A DNA stretch of 64,000 nucleotides, from positions 288,001-352,000 of the forward strand of contig CAWEJX010000006.1 in NCBI GenBank assembly GCA_963809485.1, in the 5' to 3' direction. The notes under the pieces were generated by a model. The model did no database searches. It was not told the DNA's origin and was given only the letters and a program-made list of their open reading frames with translations. Source of the DNA: an uncultured Acidobacteriota bacterium (GTDB lineage Bacteria > Acidobacteriota > UBA6911). A program made the position numbers and the translations under genes. Below, piece after piece: positions 52,131 to 63,051 of this stretch (positions are counted from its first letter, which is position 1; each line of letters begins with the position of its first letter).

Positions 52131-52381
52131 CGGCAGGCGGACAACCTGGCTGCAAAAATGGCGGAAATCAACGCTGAAAAAAAGCTTTGCCGGGTGACCC
52201 CCGGCCCTGCAGTCGTTGCCAAATGGATTGCACAGGCGCAAACTATGGAGGCAGCAATCCGATATTAGACCGATAACACTCAATGCGTTGTCGGCGTGCA
52301 TTTCCATCGGCTGCGAACCCAAAAACGGCGGCCGACCATCATAAATGCATCAGCAAATAGGATCTTTCGAAAGGAGATGTC

Positions 52382-52795
52382 ATGGACCGTCTTGAGGAGC
52401 TTAAGTTGAAGTACCAGTCAGTCCTGCGGCTTATCGAGCAAAAGGGCGTTCGGATGCACAATCTTCACTTGAAGGATAACAAGCTTTACCTCAAAGCTTC
52501 CGCGGGAACACAGGATTTGAAGAACGCCATCTGGGGGCAGATCAAGCTTGTGGATCCTGCCTACGCCGACTTGACATGCGATATCGTCGTGGATCCGAGC
52601 CTGGCTCCGCCGAAACCTGCTGCGCCGGAGGCGAAGACCTATACGGTTCAGCCCGGGGATACTCTGTCAAAGCTGGCGAAGCAGTTTTACGGAAACGCCA
52701 ACAGTTATATGAAGATTTTTGATGCCAACAAGGATCAGCTTAGCGATCCGAACATGATCAAGGTGGGCCAGGTGCTGAAAATTCCCAATGCCTAG
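52382..52795 (+). CDS. LysM peptidoglycan-binding protein
   Basis: YTVQPGDTLSKLAKQFYGN...IKVGQVLKIP. Confidence 0.92.
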   Translation: MDRLEELKLKYQSVLRLIEQKGVRMHNLHLKDNKLYLKASAGTQDLKNAIWGQIKLVDPAYADLTCDIVVDPSLAPPKPAAPEAKTYTVQPGDTLSKLAKQFYGNANSYMKIFDANKDQLSDPNMIKVGQVLKIPNA

Positions 52796-52913
52796 CGGGT
52801 TTACTGTATCGCGGCGATGCCTGGATCACGGTATCAACTGCAAATCGGGTAAGCATCCGGGCGAGAGGGAACAACCAGGGTACAAATTCAGGCAGAATTT
52901 TCGGGGATCAATT

Positions 52914-53273
52914 ATGAAAAAGGGAATTGCTGTTTTTGCTTTGTTTTTTTTGAGTATGGGAGTTTTCGGGATGGGATTGGCGCTGGCCGAGGAAGGCGTA
53001 GCGGTGCATTACAGCAACGCGTTTCAAGGCAAGCCGACGGCGAATGAGGAAACCTTCGATCAGGAAGGGATGACTGCGGCGCATAAGACGCTTCCGTTCG
53101 GCACCAAAGTGAAGGTGACCAACCTTGAAAACAACCAGAGTGTGGTCGTTACCATCAACGACCGTATGGCCCGGCGCAATCGCAACCTGATCGACGTCAC
53201 CCGGCGCGCCGCCCGGGAGCTTGGTTTCGAAAAGCAGGGACGCGCCCGTGTCAGCGTCGAACCCGTAAAATAG
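52914..53273 (+). CDS. rlpA: RlpA-family lytic transglycosylase (DPBB)
   Basis: MTAAHKTLPFGTKVKVTN...INDR...IDVT..AA. Confidence 0.85.
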   Translation: MKKGIAVFALFFLSMGVFGMGLALAEEGVAVHYSNAFQGKPTANEETFDQEGMTAAHKTLPFGTKVKVTNLENNQSVVVTINDRMARRNRNLIDVTRRAARELGFEKQGRARVSVEPVK

Positions 53274-53389
53274 ACGATCCTCAGGCAGGCCGGAACAGCT
53301 TTGCCGCTGCTGATGTAATCAATTTGTTTCCTTGAAAACAGAAAAAGATTCCCCCTGCTATTCCGCATTTTTTCATATAATTGAGAATT

Positions 53390-53953
53390 ATGCCCGAACA
53401 GCTCATTTTCAAAGACCGCACCGTTTTTCGTAACTGGCTCAAGGAAAATTATGCCCGTCAGGGTGGAATCTGGCTGGTCTTCGGCAAGAATAACACGGTC
53501 AAAACCCTGACCGCGGAGGAAGCGCTGGAGGAAGCTCTCTGTTTTGGCTGGATCGATGGCCTTATCAAGCGAGTGGATGAAGCACGATATGTCAAATTTT
53601 TCTCACCCCGCCGGGCTAAGAGCCTCTGGTCCGGGAAAAACAAAAAAACCGCGGAGAGACTGATGCGAGAGCGACGTATGGCATCTCCGGGCCGCCAGGC
53701 GATCGAGAGAGCCAAGGCCGATGGTTCGTGGAACAGACCGCAGAGACCGGTTGTTATGCCGGAAGATATCGAGAGTTTCGGCCGGCTGGTTGCCGCCAAC
53801 CGCCGGGCGTTCATCAACTTTCAAAACATGCCCCCGTCGTCAAAGAAGCTGTTCACCGGATTTTATCTTGATGCCAAACAGAACCTCACGCGACAGCGCC
53901 GGCTGGAGAAGCTGATCGGGCTGCTGGAGCAAAATAAGAGAACGATGATGTAG
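53390..53953 (+). CDS. YdeI/OmpD-associated family protein
   Basis: EEALCFGWIDG, FSPRR..S.WS..N. Confidence 0.9.
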   Translation: MPEQLIFKDRTVFRNWLKENYARQGGIWLVFGKNNTVKTLTAEEALEEALCFGWIDGLIKRVDEARYVKFFSPRRAKSLWSGKNKKTAERLMRERRMASPGRQAIERAKADGSWNRPQRPVVMPEDIESFGRLVAANRRAFINFQNMPPSSKKLFTGFYLDAKQNLTRQRRLEKLIGLLEQNKRTMM

Positions 53954-54019
53954 CGTCCGGCCCTTGCAGGATTGAATGATCGGTATTCCCCTCAACCTTG
54001 CCCGGGAATCACGGAGTTT

Positions 54020-54193
54020 TACAGCCTTGCCGGACTGGCCTCCGGGATTTTTTTTGGCCTGGGCGGCATTTTGGGAATGCATTGCGGGGCGCGACCGCAA
54101 AGACTTGTGCCGCAGAGACTTATTAAGATAATGCTGAGCTTGGCGCTGACATTCCTGGCTGCATGCTATATCCTCAAATTTTTCACAGGATGA
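54020..54193 (+). pseudogene. C-terminal fragment of a TauE/SafE-like exporter
   Basis: GIFFGLGGILGMHCGAR.Q..VP...IK..L. Confidence 0.5.
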
Positions 54194-54366
54194 GGTCGCG
54201 CAGAGCCTTTAGCATACTGGGCGGCGCCTGAGTGGAAGTTAGGCAGCTTTCCACCCAAATTCCATCAACTAAGGCCTCAAAATTGCATTAGGATCCAGGG
54301 ATAATTTTGGGATGGTGGCCGGAATTTGAAATACCTCCCGGCCGATTCAGATAGAAGGAGACAGAA

Positions 54367-54741
54367 ATGAAGGTAGGTTTTGCCGTACAAGTCAACGAAG
54401 GATTGGATAGCATTGTTTACGCCCATTTCGGCTCAGCGCCCGCCTTTGTTATCGTCGATACCGATTTTCAGCAGATTTCGGCAGTTAACAATTCAAACGA
54501 GCACCACGTCCACGGCGCCTGCAATCCGGTAATGGCGCTCGGAGGTAACAGCATCGATGCAATTGTTGTGGGTGGAATCGGCCCGGGGGCTATCATGAAG
54601 CTGAACGCCATGGGAGTTAAAGTCTACAGGGCCGGCGCTCCTACTGTTAAGGAAAATATAGCCTTATTGGGAAACAAGGGGCTCCAGGAGTTATCGATGG
54701 ACGATTCCTGCCGGGAACACGGAGGCCAGTGCGGCCATTAG
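54367..54741 (+). CDS. NifB/NifX-family FeMo-cofactor-binding-like protein
   Basis: AHFGSAPAFVIVD, VGGIGPGA. Confidence 0.88.
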   Translation: MKVGFAVQVNEGLDSIVYAHFGSAPAFVIVDTDFQQISAVNNSNEHHVHGACNPVMALGGNSIDAIVVGGIGPGAIMKLNAMGVKVYRAGAPTVKENIALLGNKGLQELSMDDSCREHGGQCGH

Positions 54742-55089
54742 GTCAAGTGGCTGGTGAGGGTGGCATAGCGGCCCACCACTCTCTGTGACAGGAGTCCTGA
54801 AATGCTCGAAAAGGAGCCAACGGAATCGACGAGATAATATAAATTCAGAATGGTGAAATGCTCCGGCAAACCTTAAACCGGGAGGGCCGCGCACGTAGTC
54901 AGCTTAAAGTTCCATTCCTTTTGTTGCAATCTGCAATAAATCGGCAGTGGAAACCTTATTGACCTCGGCAGGGATTCCCTTCAGAGCATGCTTAAAGCCA
55001 CAAGGAAACTAACCGCCGCTTTTGAGGATTTCCAGTAATTGGCAATGGTGCAGGCTTGTGAATGAAATCGATAGTACAGGAGCACACCA

Positions 55090-55899
55090 GTGAAAATACA
55101 AAAGGCTCGGCTGGTTTATTTTTCGCCTACGCGGACCACGAAAGCGATACTCGAAAGCATTGCCGGAGGCACGGGAGTCGAAGCCGTGGAGCACCTGGAC
55201 ATTACTCTTCCCGATGCAGGGCGCGATTTTGCCGAGATGGAAGAGGATGAACTGCTCCTCATCGGGGCCCCCGTCTATGCCGGCAGGCTCCCGAAGATAG
55301 CCGTTCAACGGTTTAACAGCATGAAATCCAATGGAGGTCCGGCGGTTATCGTTGTTCTCTACGGCAACAGGGAAATCGAGGACGCTCTGGCTGAATTGTC
55401 CGATATTGCAGCGGCGAGGGGCTTTATACCCGTGGCTGGAGGCGCGTTCATCGGGGAGCATTCATTTTCCAACGCTTCCGTCCCTCTGGCCAAGGGAAGG
55501 CCGGATGCGTCGGATATCCAATGCGCCCGCGAATTCGGGAGATCCATTGGTGAATATCTGCAAAGCATTGAAAGCCTCCGGGATATCGGCCCGCTGAAAC
55601 TGCCCGGGAACCGGCCATATAGAGATCATATCGTTCACCCGAAAACATCTCCGGTGACGGACAACGAGCTGTGCACGGCGTGTGGAACTTGTGCATCCGC
55701 ATGCCCTACAGGCTCGATACTCGTCGACAAAACGGCCAAAACGGATGTGGAAACATGCATCCTCTGCTGCGCCTGCGTGAAGCTTTGCCCGGAGAATGCC
55801 AGGGCTCTCAAAGATCCCTTTCTCGGGCAAATCATCGAGTGGCTTCACTCCAATACCGAGAGAAGAAAAGAGCCCGAAATCTACATGGCCGGACGTTAA
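55090..55899 (+). CDS. EFR1-type flavodoxin-ferredoxin fusion
   Basis: YFSPTRTT, PVYAGR, YGNR, CTACGTC..CP, CILCCAC..CP. Confidence 0.9.
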   Translation: MKIQKARLVYFSPTRTTKAILESIAGGTGVEAVEHLDITLPDAGRDFAEMEEDELLLIGAPVYAGRLPKIAVQRFNSMKSNGGPAVIVVLYGNREIEDALAELSDIAAARGFIPVAGGAFIGEHSFSNASVPLAKGRPDASDIQCAREFGRSIGEYLQSIESLRDIGPLKLPGNRPYRDHIVHPKTSPVTDNELCTACGTCASACPTGSILVDKTAKTDVETCILCCACVKLCPENARALKDPFLGQIIEWLHSNTERRKEPEIYMAGR

Positions 55900-55979
55900 C
55901 CCAAATTCTGTATCCTCAGCCCGATGGCCGAAGCTTCATTCAACCGCATTTTATTCCGCATCCGTCGTCTTATATTACT

Positions 55980-58454
55980 TTATGGAATCGGGCATGGCTT
56001 CACACCCCAAATGTCCGCTGCGTATTCGGCAATGGTGCGGTCGCTGGAAAATTTGCCCGAACCGGCCACATTAAGGATCGCCTTACTCACCCATCCATCA
56101 GGATCGGCATAGAGGTCGCAAAGCCGCCGGTCGGCTTCGAGATAAGACGTCAGGTCTGCAAGGTGCATGTAGGGGTCCCCTCCTGCCAACAGCGTGTGAT
56201 GCAGCGGTTCGAAGACGCCCGGCTCGAAGCGGCTGAAGTGGTTGGACAGGATCAGGTCCACCGCTGCGCGTGTTTCCGCCTCGTTCTCGTAATGCCAGCG
56301 CGGATCGTACCAGCCCTGGCTTCCGGCCACCTGTTCCGCAGTAAGGCCGAACAGGAAAAAGCTTTCCTCGCCTGCCTCTTCGGCCATCTCGATGGTTGCG
56401 CCGTCGCGCGTGCCCAGCGTCAGCGCTCCGTTCATCATGAATTTCATGTTGCTGGTGCCGCTCGCCTCGTACCCGGCCGTTGAAATCTGGTTGGAGACGT
56501 CGGCGGCCGGGATGAGCCGCTCGGCAAGCGACACGCAATATTCGGGCAGAAATACGACTTTGAGCCTCCCGCGGGCCACCGGATCGCCGTCGATCGTCCC
56601 GGCCAGGTTGTTCAGGAACTTGATAATCAGTTTGGCCAGGTGGTAGGCCGGCGCCGCCTTGCCGGCAAAAAAGAACGTCCTCGGAACCATTTCAAGTTTC
56701 GGATTCTCCCGCAGGCGGTTGTAGAGCACAACGATGCGCAGCGCGTTGAGCAATTGCCTCTTGTACTCGTGGATGCGCTTGATCTGGCAATCAAAGATCG
56801 AATCCGGATCGACCGTTTGCCCGGATGCGGATTTGAGCCACAGGGCAAACTGTGACTTGGCCTCGCGTTTGGCGCTGCGGAAGGATTCACGAAATCCGGC
56901 GTCGCGGGCCAATGGCTTGAGCTTGCTCAATTGGCCAAGATCGGTGATCCACCCGTCACCGAGGGCTCCGGTGATTGTGCCGGACAGGGCGGGGTTTGCC
57001 AGGAGCAGCCAGCGGCGAGGGGTAACCCCGTTGGTCTTGTTGTTGAACCGCTCGGGAAACATCTCGGCCAGGTCCTTTACCGTCATCGTGCGCAGCAGCC
57101 TCGAATGAATTGCGGCTACGCCGTTCGTGCTGTGCGACCCGACAATGGCAAGGTTCGCCATGCGGACCTGGCGCCGCGGCTGCTCTTCCACGAGGCTGGT
57201 GCGCGCCACCCGTCCCTCATCCCCGGGGAAACGGGTCCGGACTTCGTCGAGCAGGCGCTTGTTGATCTCGTAGATGATTTCCAGGTGGCGCGGCAGCATG
57301 ATCTCGAACCATTCGAGCGGCCATTTTTCCAGGGCCTCGGGCAGCAGGGTGTGATTCGTGTACGCCAGGCTCCGTCGTGTGAGGTCCCAGGCTTTTTCCC
57401 ATTCCAGGTGCGCGTCGTCGAGCAGGATCCGCATCAATTCGGGAACGGCCATTGCCGGGTGGGTATCGTTCAGCTGGATAGCGACTTTTCCCGGAAGGTT
57501 TTCCCAATCCGGATTGCTGCTCCGGAAGCGCCGGACCAGATCGGCCAGCGAACAGGCGATGAGAAAATACTCCTGCAGAAAGCGCAGGCCTTTTCCCATA
57601 GCTGTCGAGTCGTCCGGATAGAGCACACGCGTCAGCGATTCCGCACCCAGTGTTTCCGCCAGTGCCCCCACGAAATCGCCTCGACTGAACTGCTGGAAGT
57701 CGAAATAATCCCACGCGCTCGCGGCCCACAAGCGAAGCGTGTTGATTGTTTTGCCTCCATATCCGATCACCGGCCGGTCAAAGGGTATGCCGATCAGTGT
57801 CGAGGGTCGGCCAATGACAGGGCGCAGAACGCCGGCGCGCATTTCGAATGAGCAGTTCAGCTTTACTTCAACCGCTTCCTCGAGCCTCGTGATTTCCCAC
57901 GGATCGGGGCGCCGCAACCAGTTGTCCGGCTGCTCATACTGCCAGCCGTCCTGAATAGTCTGCCTGAAGATGCCGAATTCATAGCGCAACCCGTATCCCA
58001 TACCGGGAATCTCCATGGTCGCCATGGAATCGAGGAAGCAGGCCGCCAGCCGGCCAAGCCCGCCGTTGCCCAGGCCGGCATCCGGTTCCTTTTCGAGCAG
58101 CGCCAGCGGATCCACTCCCTTTTTCATCATATTCTCGACAGCGAGGTCCACCAGCAGCGCATTGGTGATGTTGTTGGCCAGGGATCGCCCCAACAGGTAC
58201 TCCATGGAAAGGTAGTACACCCTTTTGGGATTCCTTGCTTCATAGGTCTTCTCCGTCTTGAGCCAGCGCTGCGAAATGATGTCGCGGACCGATCGCGCCG
58301 CTGCCTCATACTGGTCCCGCAATTCGGCTTGCCGGGGATCCACGACATGGTCGAAGATCAGGTGCCTTTCATATAGCGCATCCTTCGTGCCGGAGAACTG
58401 GATGGGTCCGGTTCCATATTGTTCCAGCAGCCCCTTCAAACGCTCCGGTGTCAT
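55980..58454 (-). CDS. glgP: glycogen/alpha-glucan phosphorylase
   Basis: GLGNGGLGRLAAC, QLNDTHP, KRIHEYKRQ, EASGTSNMK. Confidence 0.98.
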   Translation of the reverse strand: MTPERLKGLLEQYGTGPIQFSGTKDALYERHLIFDHVVDPRQAELRDQYEAAARSVRDIISQRWLKTEKTYEARNPKRVYYLSMEYLLGRSLANNITNALLVDLAVENMMKKGVDPLALLEKEPDAGLGNGGLGRLAACFLDSMATMEIPGMGYGLRYEFGIFRQTIQDGWQYEQPDNWLRRPDPWEITRLEEAVEVKLNCSFEMRAGVLRPVIGRPSTLIGIPFDRPVIGYGGKTINTLRLWAASAWDYFDFQQFSRGDFVGALAETLGAESLTRVLYPDDSTAMGKGLRFLQEYFLIACSLADLVRRFRSSNPDWENLPGKVAIQLNDTHPAMAVPELMRILLDDAHLEWEKAWDLTRRSLAYTNHTLLPEALEKWPLEWFEIMLPRHLEIIYEINKRLLDEVRTRFPGDEGRVARTSLVEEQPRRQVRMANLAIVGSHSTNGVAAIHSRLLRTMTVKDLAEMFPERFNNKTNGVTPRRWLLLANPALSGTITGALGDGWITDLGQLSKLKPLARDAGFRESFRSAKREAKSQFALWLKSASGQTVDPDSIFDCQIKRIHEYKRQLLNALRIVVLYNRLRENPKLEMVPRTFFFAGKAAPAYHLAKLIIKFLNNLAGTIDGDPVARGRLKVVFLPEYCVSLAERLIPAADVSNQISTAGYEASGTSNMKFMMNGALTLGTRDGATIEMAEEAGEESFFLFGLTAEQVAGSQGWYDPRWHYENEAETRAAVDLILSNHFSRFEPGVFEPLHHTLLAGGDPYMHLADLTSYLEADRRLCDLYADPDGWVSKAILNVAGSGKFSSDRTIAEYAADIWGVKPCPIP

Positions 58455-58586
58455 AAATCCCCCATTAAGGCATTCAGCCACTTAGGCTCTCAGTGGAAAC
58501 CATTCTCGATAGCTCCTGGTAACGCTGACAAAAGCGCTGACGACCGCCGAGAATGGTTGGCAATGCTTTCAATACAATCCAACTGA

Positions 58587-60170
58587 CTACTGCGATGGAG
58601 AGTCCGGCTCGACGTAGCGCGGGAAAATGCCCTCGGGTGCAGGCAAGGGAGTCCCGGGTTTCAGCCTGGCGGATTCGAGGGCCGCAAAAATCCTATCCTC
58701 AACCGGCACGGCCAAAAATTCGAGCAGGCGGCCGCAGGACTGAGGCATAAAGGGCTGGGTAAGTATCGCCAGGTGCCGGATGGTCTCCGCCAGGACGTAA
58801 AGGACGGTACCCATGCGTTTCGGATCCGATTTTTTGAGGCTCCAGGGCTTCTGCTCATTGACATAGCGGTCCGCAGCGCCGATTGCCTGCCACAAAGCAT
58901 CCAGCGCCCTATGAAATGCCTGCTGCCCGATTTCCTCCCGCAACCTCGCGTGCAGCCCGTGCACGGCCTGAAGCAGGGCTTCATCGTCGGCTGTCAGAGG
59001 TCCTGGTTCGGGCACAGCCGCACCGCAAGCGCCGTTGACCATTTTGAGCACACGTTGCGCAAGGTTGCCGAGTCCGTTGGCGAGATCGCCGTTGATCCTG
59101 TTGACCATGGACCGGTGAGAGAAGTCGCCGTCATTTCCGAACGGGACTTCCCGCAGGAGGAAGTAGCGGACCTGGTCGAGCCCGTATTTGGCGATCAGCT
59201 CATGCGGATCGATGAAGTTGCCGAGCCGCTTGGAGATTTTTTGCCCCTCGTTCATCCACCATCCGTGGGCAAAAATGCGCTTCGGAGGCTCCAGCCCGGC
59301 AGCCATCAGGAAAGCAGGCCAATAGACCGCGTGAAAGCGAAGGATGTCTTTGCCCATCATGTGCACGTCAACCGGCCAGAAGGTTCGGAAGGCCTGAGTG
59401 TCGGTATCGGGATATCCGATGGCTGTGAGATAGTTGGTCAGTGCGTCCAGCCACACATACATGATATGAGCGGGGTCGTCCGGCACGGGGATGCCCCATG
59501 CAAAAGTGGTTCGAGAAATCGAAAGGTCCTTGAGGCCGCCTTTCACGAAACTTACAACTTCGTTGTGACGCGCCTCGGGCGCCACGGGAGACGGCGTGCG
59601 GCTGTAATATTCCATCAGCCGGTCCTGCCATTCCGACAGCCTGAAGAAATAGCTGGGTTCCTCCAACCACTCGCACTCGGCGCCCGATGGCGCGATTTTT
59701 TTGCCGTTCGGGCCGAGGGTCAAATCGCTTTCATCGATGAAGGCTTCATCCGCGACTGCGTACCAGCCGGAATAACTGCCAAGGTAGATCTGGTTGTTGG
59801 ACTTCAACCGCCGCCAGAGCTCCTGGCAGGAGCGGATGTGACGCGGTTCGGTCGTGCGTATGAAATCGTCATTGCTGAAGTTCATGGCCTTCGCCAGGTC
59901 GCGGAAGTTTTGCGATACCTTGTCGGTGAATGACTGCGGATCCATGCCGGCGGCGCTGGAGGACTTCTCGATCTTCTGGCCATGTTCGTCGGTGCCAGTC
60001 AGGAACTTGACCTCGGCACCGTCCAGGCGCATAAAGCGCGCAGCCACATCGCAGGCCAGTGTCGTGTAAGTGTGGCCAATATGCGGGGAATCGTTCACAT
60101 AATATATGGGTGTCGTGATGTAGTAGCGGCGTTGTGGCAGCATCGGATCTCCTGTGATCGGCTCAGCCAT
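58587..60170 (-). CDS. metG: methionine--tRNA ligase
   Basis: YITTPIYYVN, HIGH, GTDEHG, YVWLDAL, GKDILRFH, KISKRLGN. Confidence 0.97.
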   Translation of the reverse strand: MAEPITGDPMLPQRRYYITTPIYYVNDSPHIGHTYTTLACDVAARFMRLDGAEVKFLTGTDEHGQKIEKSSSAAGMDPQSFTDKVSQNFRDLAKAMNFSNDDFIRTTEPRHIRSCQELWRRLKSNNQIYLGSYSGWYAVADEAFIDESDLTLGPNGKKIAPSGAECEWLEEPSYFFRLSEWQDRLMEYYSRTPSPVAPEARHNEVVSFVKGGLKDLSISRTTFAWGIPVPDDPAHIMYVWLDALTNYLTAIGYPDTDTQAFRTFWPVDVHMMGKDILRFHAVYWPAFLMAAGLEPPKRIFAHGWWMNEGQKISKRLGNFIDPHELIAKYGLDQVRYFLLREVPFGNDGDFSHRSMVNRINGDLANGLGNLAQRVLKMVNGACGAAVPEPGPLTADDEALLQAVHGLHARLREEIGQQAFHRALDALWQAIGAADRYVNEQKPWSLKKSDPKRMGTVLYVLAETIRHLAILTQPFMPQSCGRLLEFLAVPVEDRIFAALESARLKPGTPLPAPEGIFPRYVEPDSPSQ

Positions 60171-60402
60171 AGTCTCCAGCTCCGAATCCACCTAATCATA
60201 CAGGCGCCGGGATCGCACGGCAATCCTGCTAAAAAATAGGAGCCAAAAATCGCGATGGGATTGCGCTCAAAAGGGTCCGCTGAAGGCTGCCCGAAAATGC
60301 GAAAATCCAGGACACTCGTTTACGGACAGCCTTCAGATTGCTCCTGCAGAGATCGGCGTGGGCATAAATACGGAGGCTTGATTAAGCCTCACGCTAGGGT
60401 TT

Positions 60403-61419
60403 CTATTCCCAGCCGCTTTTCGATCCGTAGGGCAGGACCAGGCCGGTTGCCTCGATATCGTAAATCTTGCCCTTTTTAATTTTGAAAAAGTGCATTGCCG
60501 GCATGTTGAAAAGACCCTGGTAGGACGGCACGCTCTCAAGTCCAGGAATCCCCTTGAGCTTCATGGTTTTGAGTTTGCTGTCGTGGTAAAAATTTGAAAA
60601 GCCCACAGCCAGCCCTTTCTGTTCATCAATGACGAGCACACGGCGGTCCCTGATTTCGGTTATATAGGCCCAAACGCCGGCGCTGATCTGTTCTTCGCAG
60701 GTATTGGGCGCTGCCGCGAGCGCCATGCCCAATTTCGCCATTTCAGGATCGATATTGCCTTCCGCAGGGAATTGCGGCTTGGCTTCGCCGGATTTGGCTT
60801 CCCGCTTGCCTCCTACAGAAGTCGATCCGTTTTCGCGGCGCTCGCATTCCTTGGCAAACGGCGCCAGAGTGCCGTCTTCACCCGTCAGCGCGTCATAATA
60901 AGCAAGCCCGATATCGAGCATCTGGTCACGGGGAGTGCGGTCGGCAGGCGCAAGGTCCTCGACGAGCCCGGGACGCGGCTTTTGCAGATTCGGCATCGCG
61001 CCCGCCAGAAGATCTTCCCGAACCACATGGTGCTCGGCTTCCGCGATCTTGCCGCGCTGCAAGGCCAGGCGAACACCTAACAACACGTCCTGGTTGCTGT
61101 TTTCCTTCATCACAACAAGGCAGGCAACTTGCTGCGCCACGGGATCTGCGGCATAGACCTGGAATCCTGTGGGCCCGCCGGATGCGGTAACCCATAATCC
61201 GTCCCCGACCGGAATATTCGCCGTGTTCTCGGTAAACTTGACTTCCCTGGCGAAGGGCACTGCGGTGGGATCATGTTTGACCAGGGCCGCCAGATAGTTT
61301 TGCATGAGAGTGACCAGGCACTGCCGGTCACAGGTTGGAGCTGCCTGCAGCAGATCAGAAGCTCCCAATGTGACAATTGCTACCATCATTACTGTGATAC
61401 ACAGGCGTTTCATTTTCAT
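60403..61419 (-). CDS. secreted hypothetical protein
   Basis: signal peptide, CDRQCL...YLAAL..HD, FTEN, CERRENG, FKIKKGKI. Confidence 0.8.
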   Translation of the reverse strand: MKMKRLCITVMMVAIVTLGASDLLQAAPTCDRQCLVTLMQNYLAALVKHDPTAVPFAREVKFTENTANIPVGDGLWVTASGGPTGFQVYAADPVAQQVACLVVMKENSNQDVLLGVRLALQRGKIAEAEHHVVREDLLAGAMPNLQKPRPGLVEDLAPADRTPRDQMLDIGLAYYDALTGEDGTLAPFAKECERRENGSTSVGGKREAKSGEAKPQFPAEGNIDPEMAKLGMALAAAPNTCEEQISAGVWAYITEIRDRRVLVIDEQKGLAVGFSNFYHDSKLKTMKLKGIPGLESVPSYQGLFNMPAMHFFKIKKGKIYDIEATGLVLPYGSKSGWE

Positions 61420-61673
61420 TCCGGATGCTCCCATAAAGTTTTCAAAACTGTTGTGCCGCCACTTCGGATATGAGGCAATCCCGGCCCGGGGATTGTCAAG
61501 CAAAATAGCCGCGAGGGCAAAGATTCAAGATGCCCGCCGGATGCTGCATCCCGGCTGCCTCAGGCCGCAGTCTGCCAATCGGAATCCGGCGGCTATCGAT
61601 TCACAAATCCTATACCCACACCCTGCGGAGGATATGTGTATAATGGCACGTTCGTTCCCGGGGTTGGAACCGT

Positions 61674-62876
61674 ATGAACAAGAAGGCATTCTGGGTGCTT
61701 GTGGGAAGCATGCTCATATCCATGCTTGGAATGGGCATCGTCAGCCCGTTTCTTCCCATATACGCCAACACGATGGGTGCTTCCTCGCTGGAAATCGGCT
61801 TTGTGCAGGCAGGCTTCAACATCACGGGCATTGGCACACTGCTTTTTATCGGGCGGCTTTCGGACCGCTATGGACGGAAATCGTTCCTCAGCGGCGGGCT
61901 CCTGGTCCTCTCCGTCTCTGCCATAGGACTGATGTACGCCAACGACCCCATCCACCTTATCCTTTGGCGCTTTATCCAGGGGCTGGGGGCTTCAGCCCAT
62001 ATGCCGATCGCGCAGGCATACCTCGGGGACATCACCCCGGAAGGGAGCGAGGGGAGGTGGATGGGATATTTCAACGCCGTCCTCTTTTCCGGAATGGGCC
62101 TTGGCCCTCTCGTAGGCGGAGTCGTCTCGGACGCATACAGCATCCGGACCACGTTTCTGCTCATGGCCTTGCTGAATACTCTCGCCCTGGTTGCTACTCT
62201 CATCTTTTTGAAGGAAATGCCGCGCAAAGCTGCCGCCCGCGGTAAAACCGCTTTCCTGGCGCCGCTGAGGAGCCGCACGATGCAGGGCGCCTGCTGTTAC
62301 TGCCTGACAACGGGAGTTGGAGTCGCCAGCCTCATGGCTTTTATGCCGCTTTTTGCGGACGTGAAAATCGGGCTCAGCGCCACCCTGATCGGTGTCCTGC
62401 TGGCGGCCCGGACTCCGGTTTCCCTGCTTCAGTCCTATACCGGCCGCATGGCTGACCGGTGCAACCGCCGATTGATGGTGCTTTGGGGTGGCGCCATCGC
62501 GTCCGTCTCGGTTTTTTTGCTTCCGATGACCACGGTTTTCTGGACCCTGATCGTTGCCTACCTGTCCGTCGCGGTCGGGCAATCCATAGGAATGCCCGCG
62601 GCTAATGCCTATGTCGTGCAGGAGGGGCGGACCTATGGAATGGGCACCTCCATGACGACGTTCATGCTTGCCATGAATGTGGGCAGCGGCGTCGGTCCGG
62701 TGGCGCTTGGCGGCATTGCGGACTGGCTGGGATTGAGTGCTGCGTTTCATGCATCCGCTGTCTGCATGGTGGTCGGGCTCGTGGTATTCGCGCTGATGGT
62801 GCGCGGCAACGATCGGGCAGGAAAGCCCGGAAGCACTGAGAGCAAACAGGAACTGACCGCCGCAAGATCCGAATAG
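61674..62876 (+). CDS. MFS transporter (DHA1-like)
   Basis: GRLSDRYGRK, RFIQG, about 12 TM. Confidence 0.93.
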   Translation: MNKKAFWVLVGSMLISMLGMGIVSPFLPIYANTMGASSLEIGFVQAGFNITGIGTLLFIGRLSDRYGRKSFLSGGLLVLSVSAIGLMYANDPIHLILWRFIQGLGASAHMPIAQAYLGDITPEGSEGRWMGYFNAVLFSGMGLGPLVGGVVSDAYSIRTTFLLMALLNTLALVATLIFLKEMPRKAAARGKTAFLAPLRSRTMQGACCYCLTTGVGVASLMAFMPLFADVKIGLSATLIGVLLAARTPVSLLQSYTGRMADRCNRRLMVLWGGAIASVSVFLLPMTTVFWTLIVAYLSVAVGQSIGMPAANAYVVQEGRTYGMGTSMTTFMLAMNVGSGVGPVALGGIADWLGLSAAFHASAVCMVVGLVVFALMVRGNDRAGKPGSTESKQELTAARSE

Positions 62877-62894
62877 GACACTTCCAGTATCTAA

Positions 62895-62982
62895 TGACGC
62901 TGACATACGCCGACAAAGCCGCTGATGAACGCTGAAAATAAAGCTGATGTTCATCGACTTTTGCCGGCGTTTATCGGCGGTT
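62895..62982. repeat. ACGC(T/C)GA short-repeat cluster related to the element interior; similar cluster at 58510-58552
   Basis: ACGCTGAC, ACGCCGAC, CCGCTGAT, ACGCTGAA. Confidence 0.55.
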
Positions 62983-63051
62983 AAAGCTCATAGAGCTTAT
63001 GAAACCGCATCATTTTGAAATATAGTCTCTTAACGATAGCGTGCGGGCTTA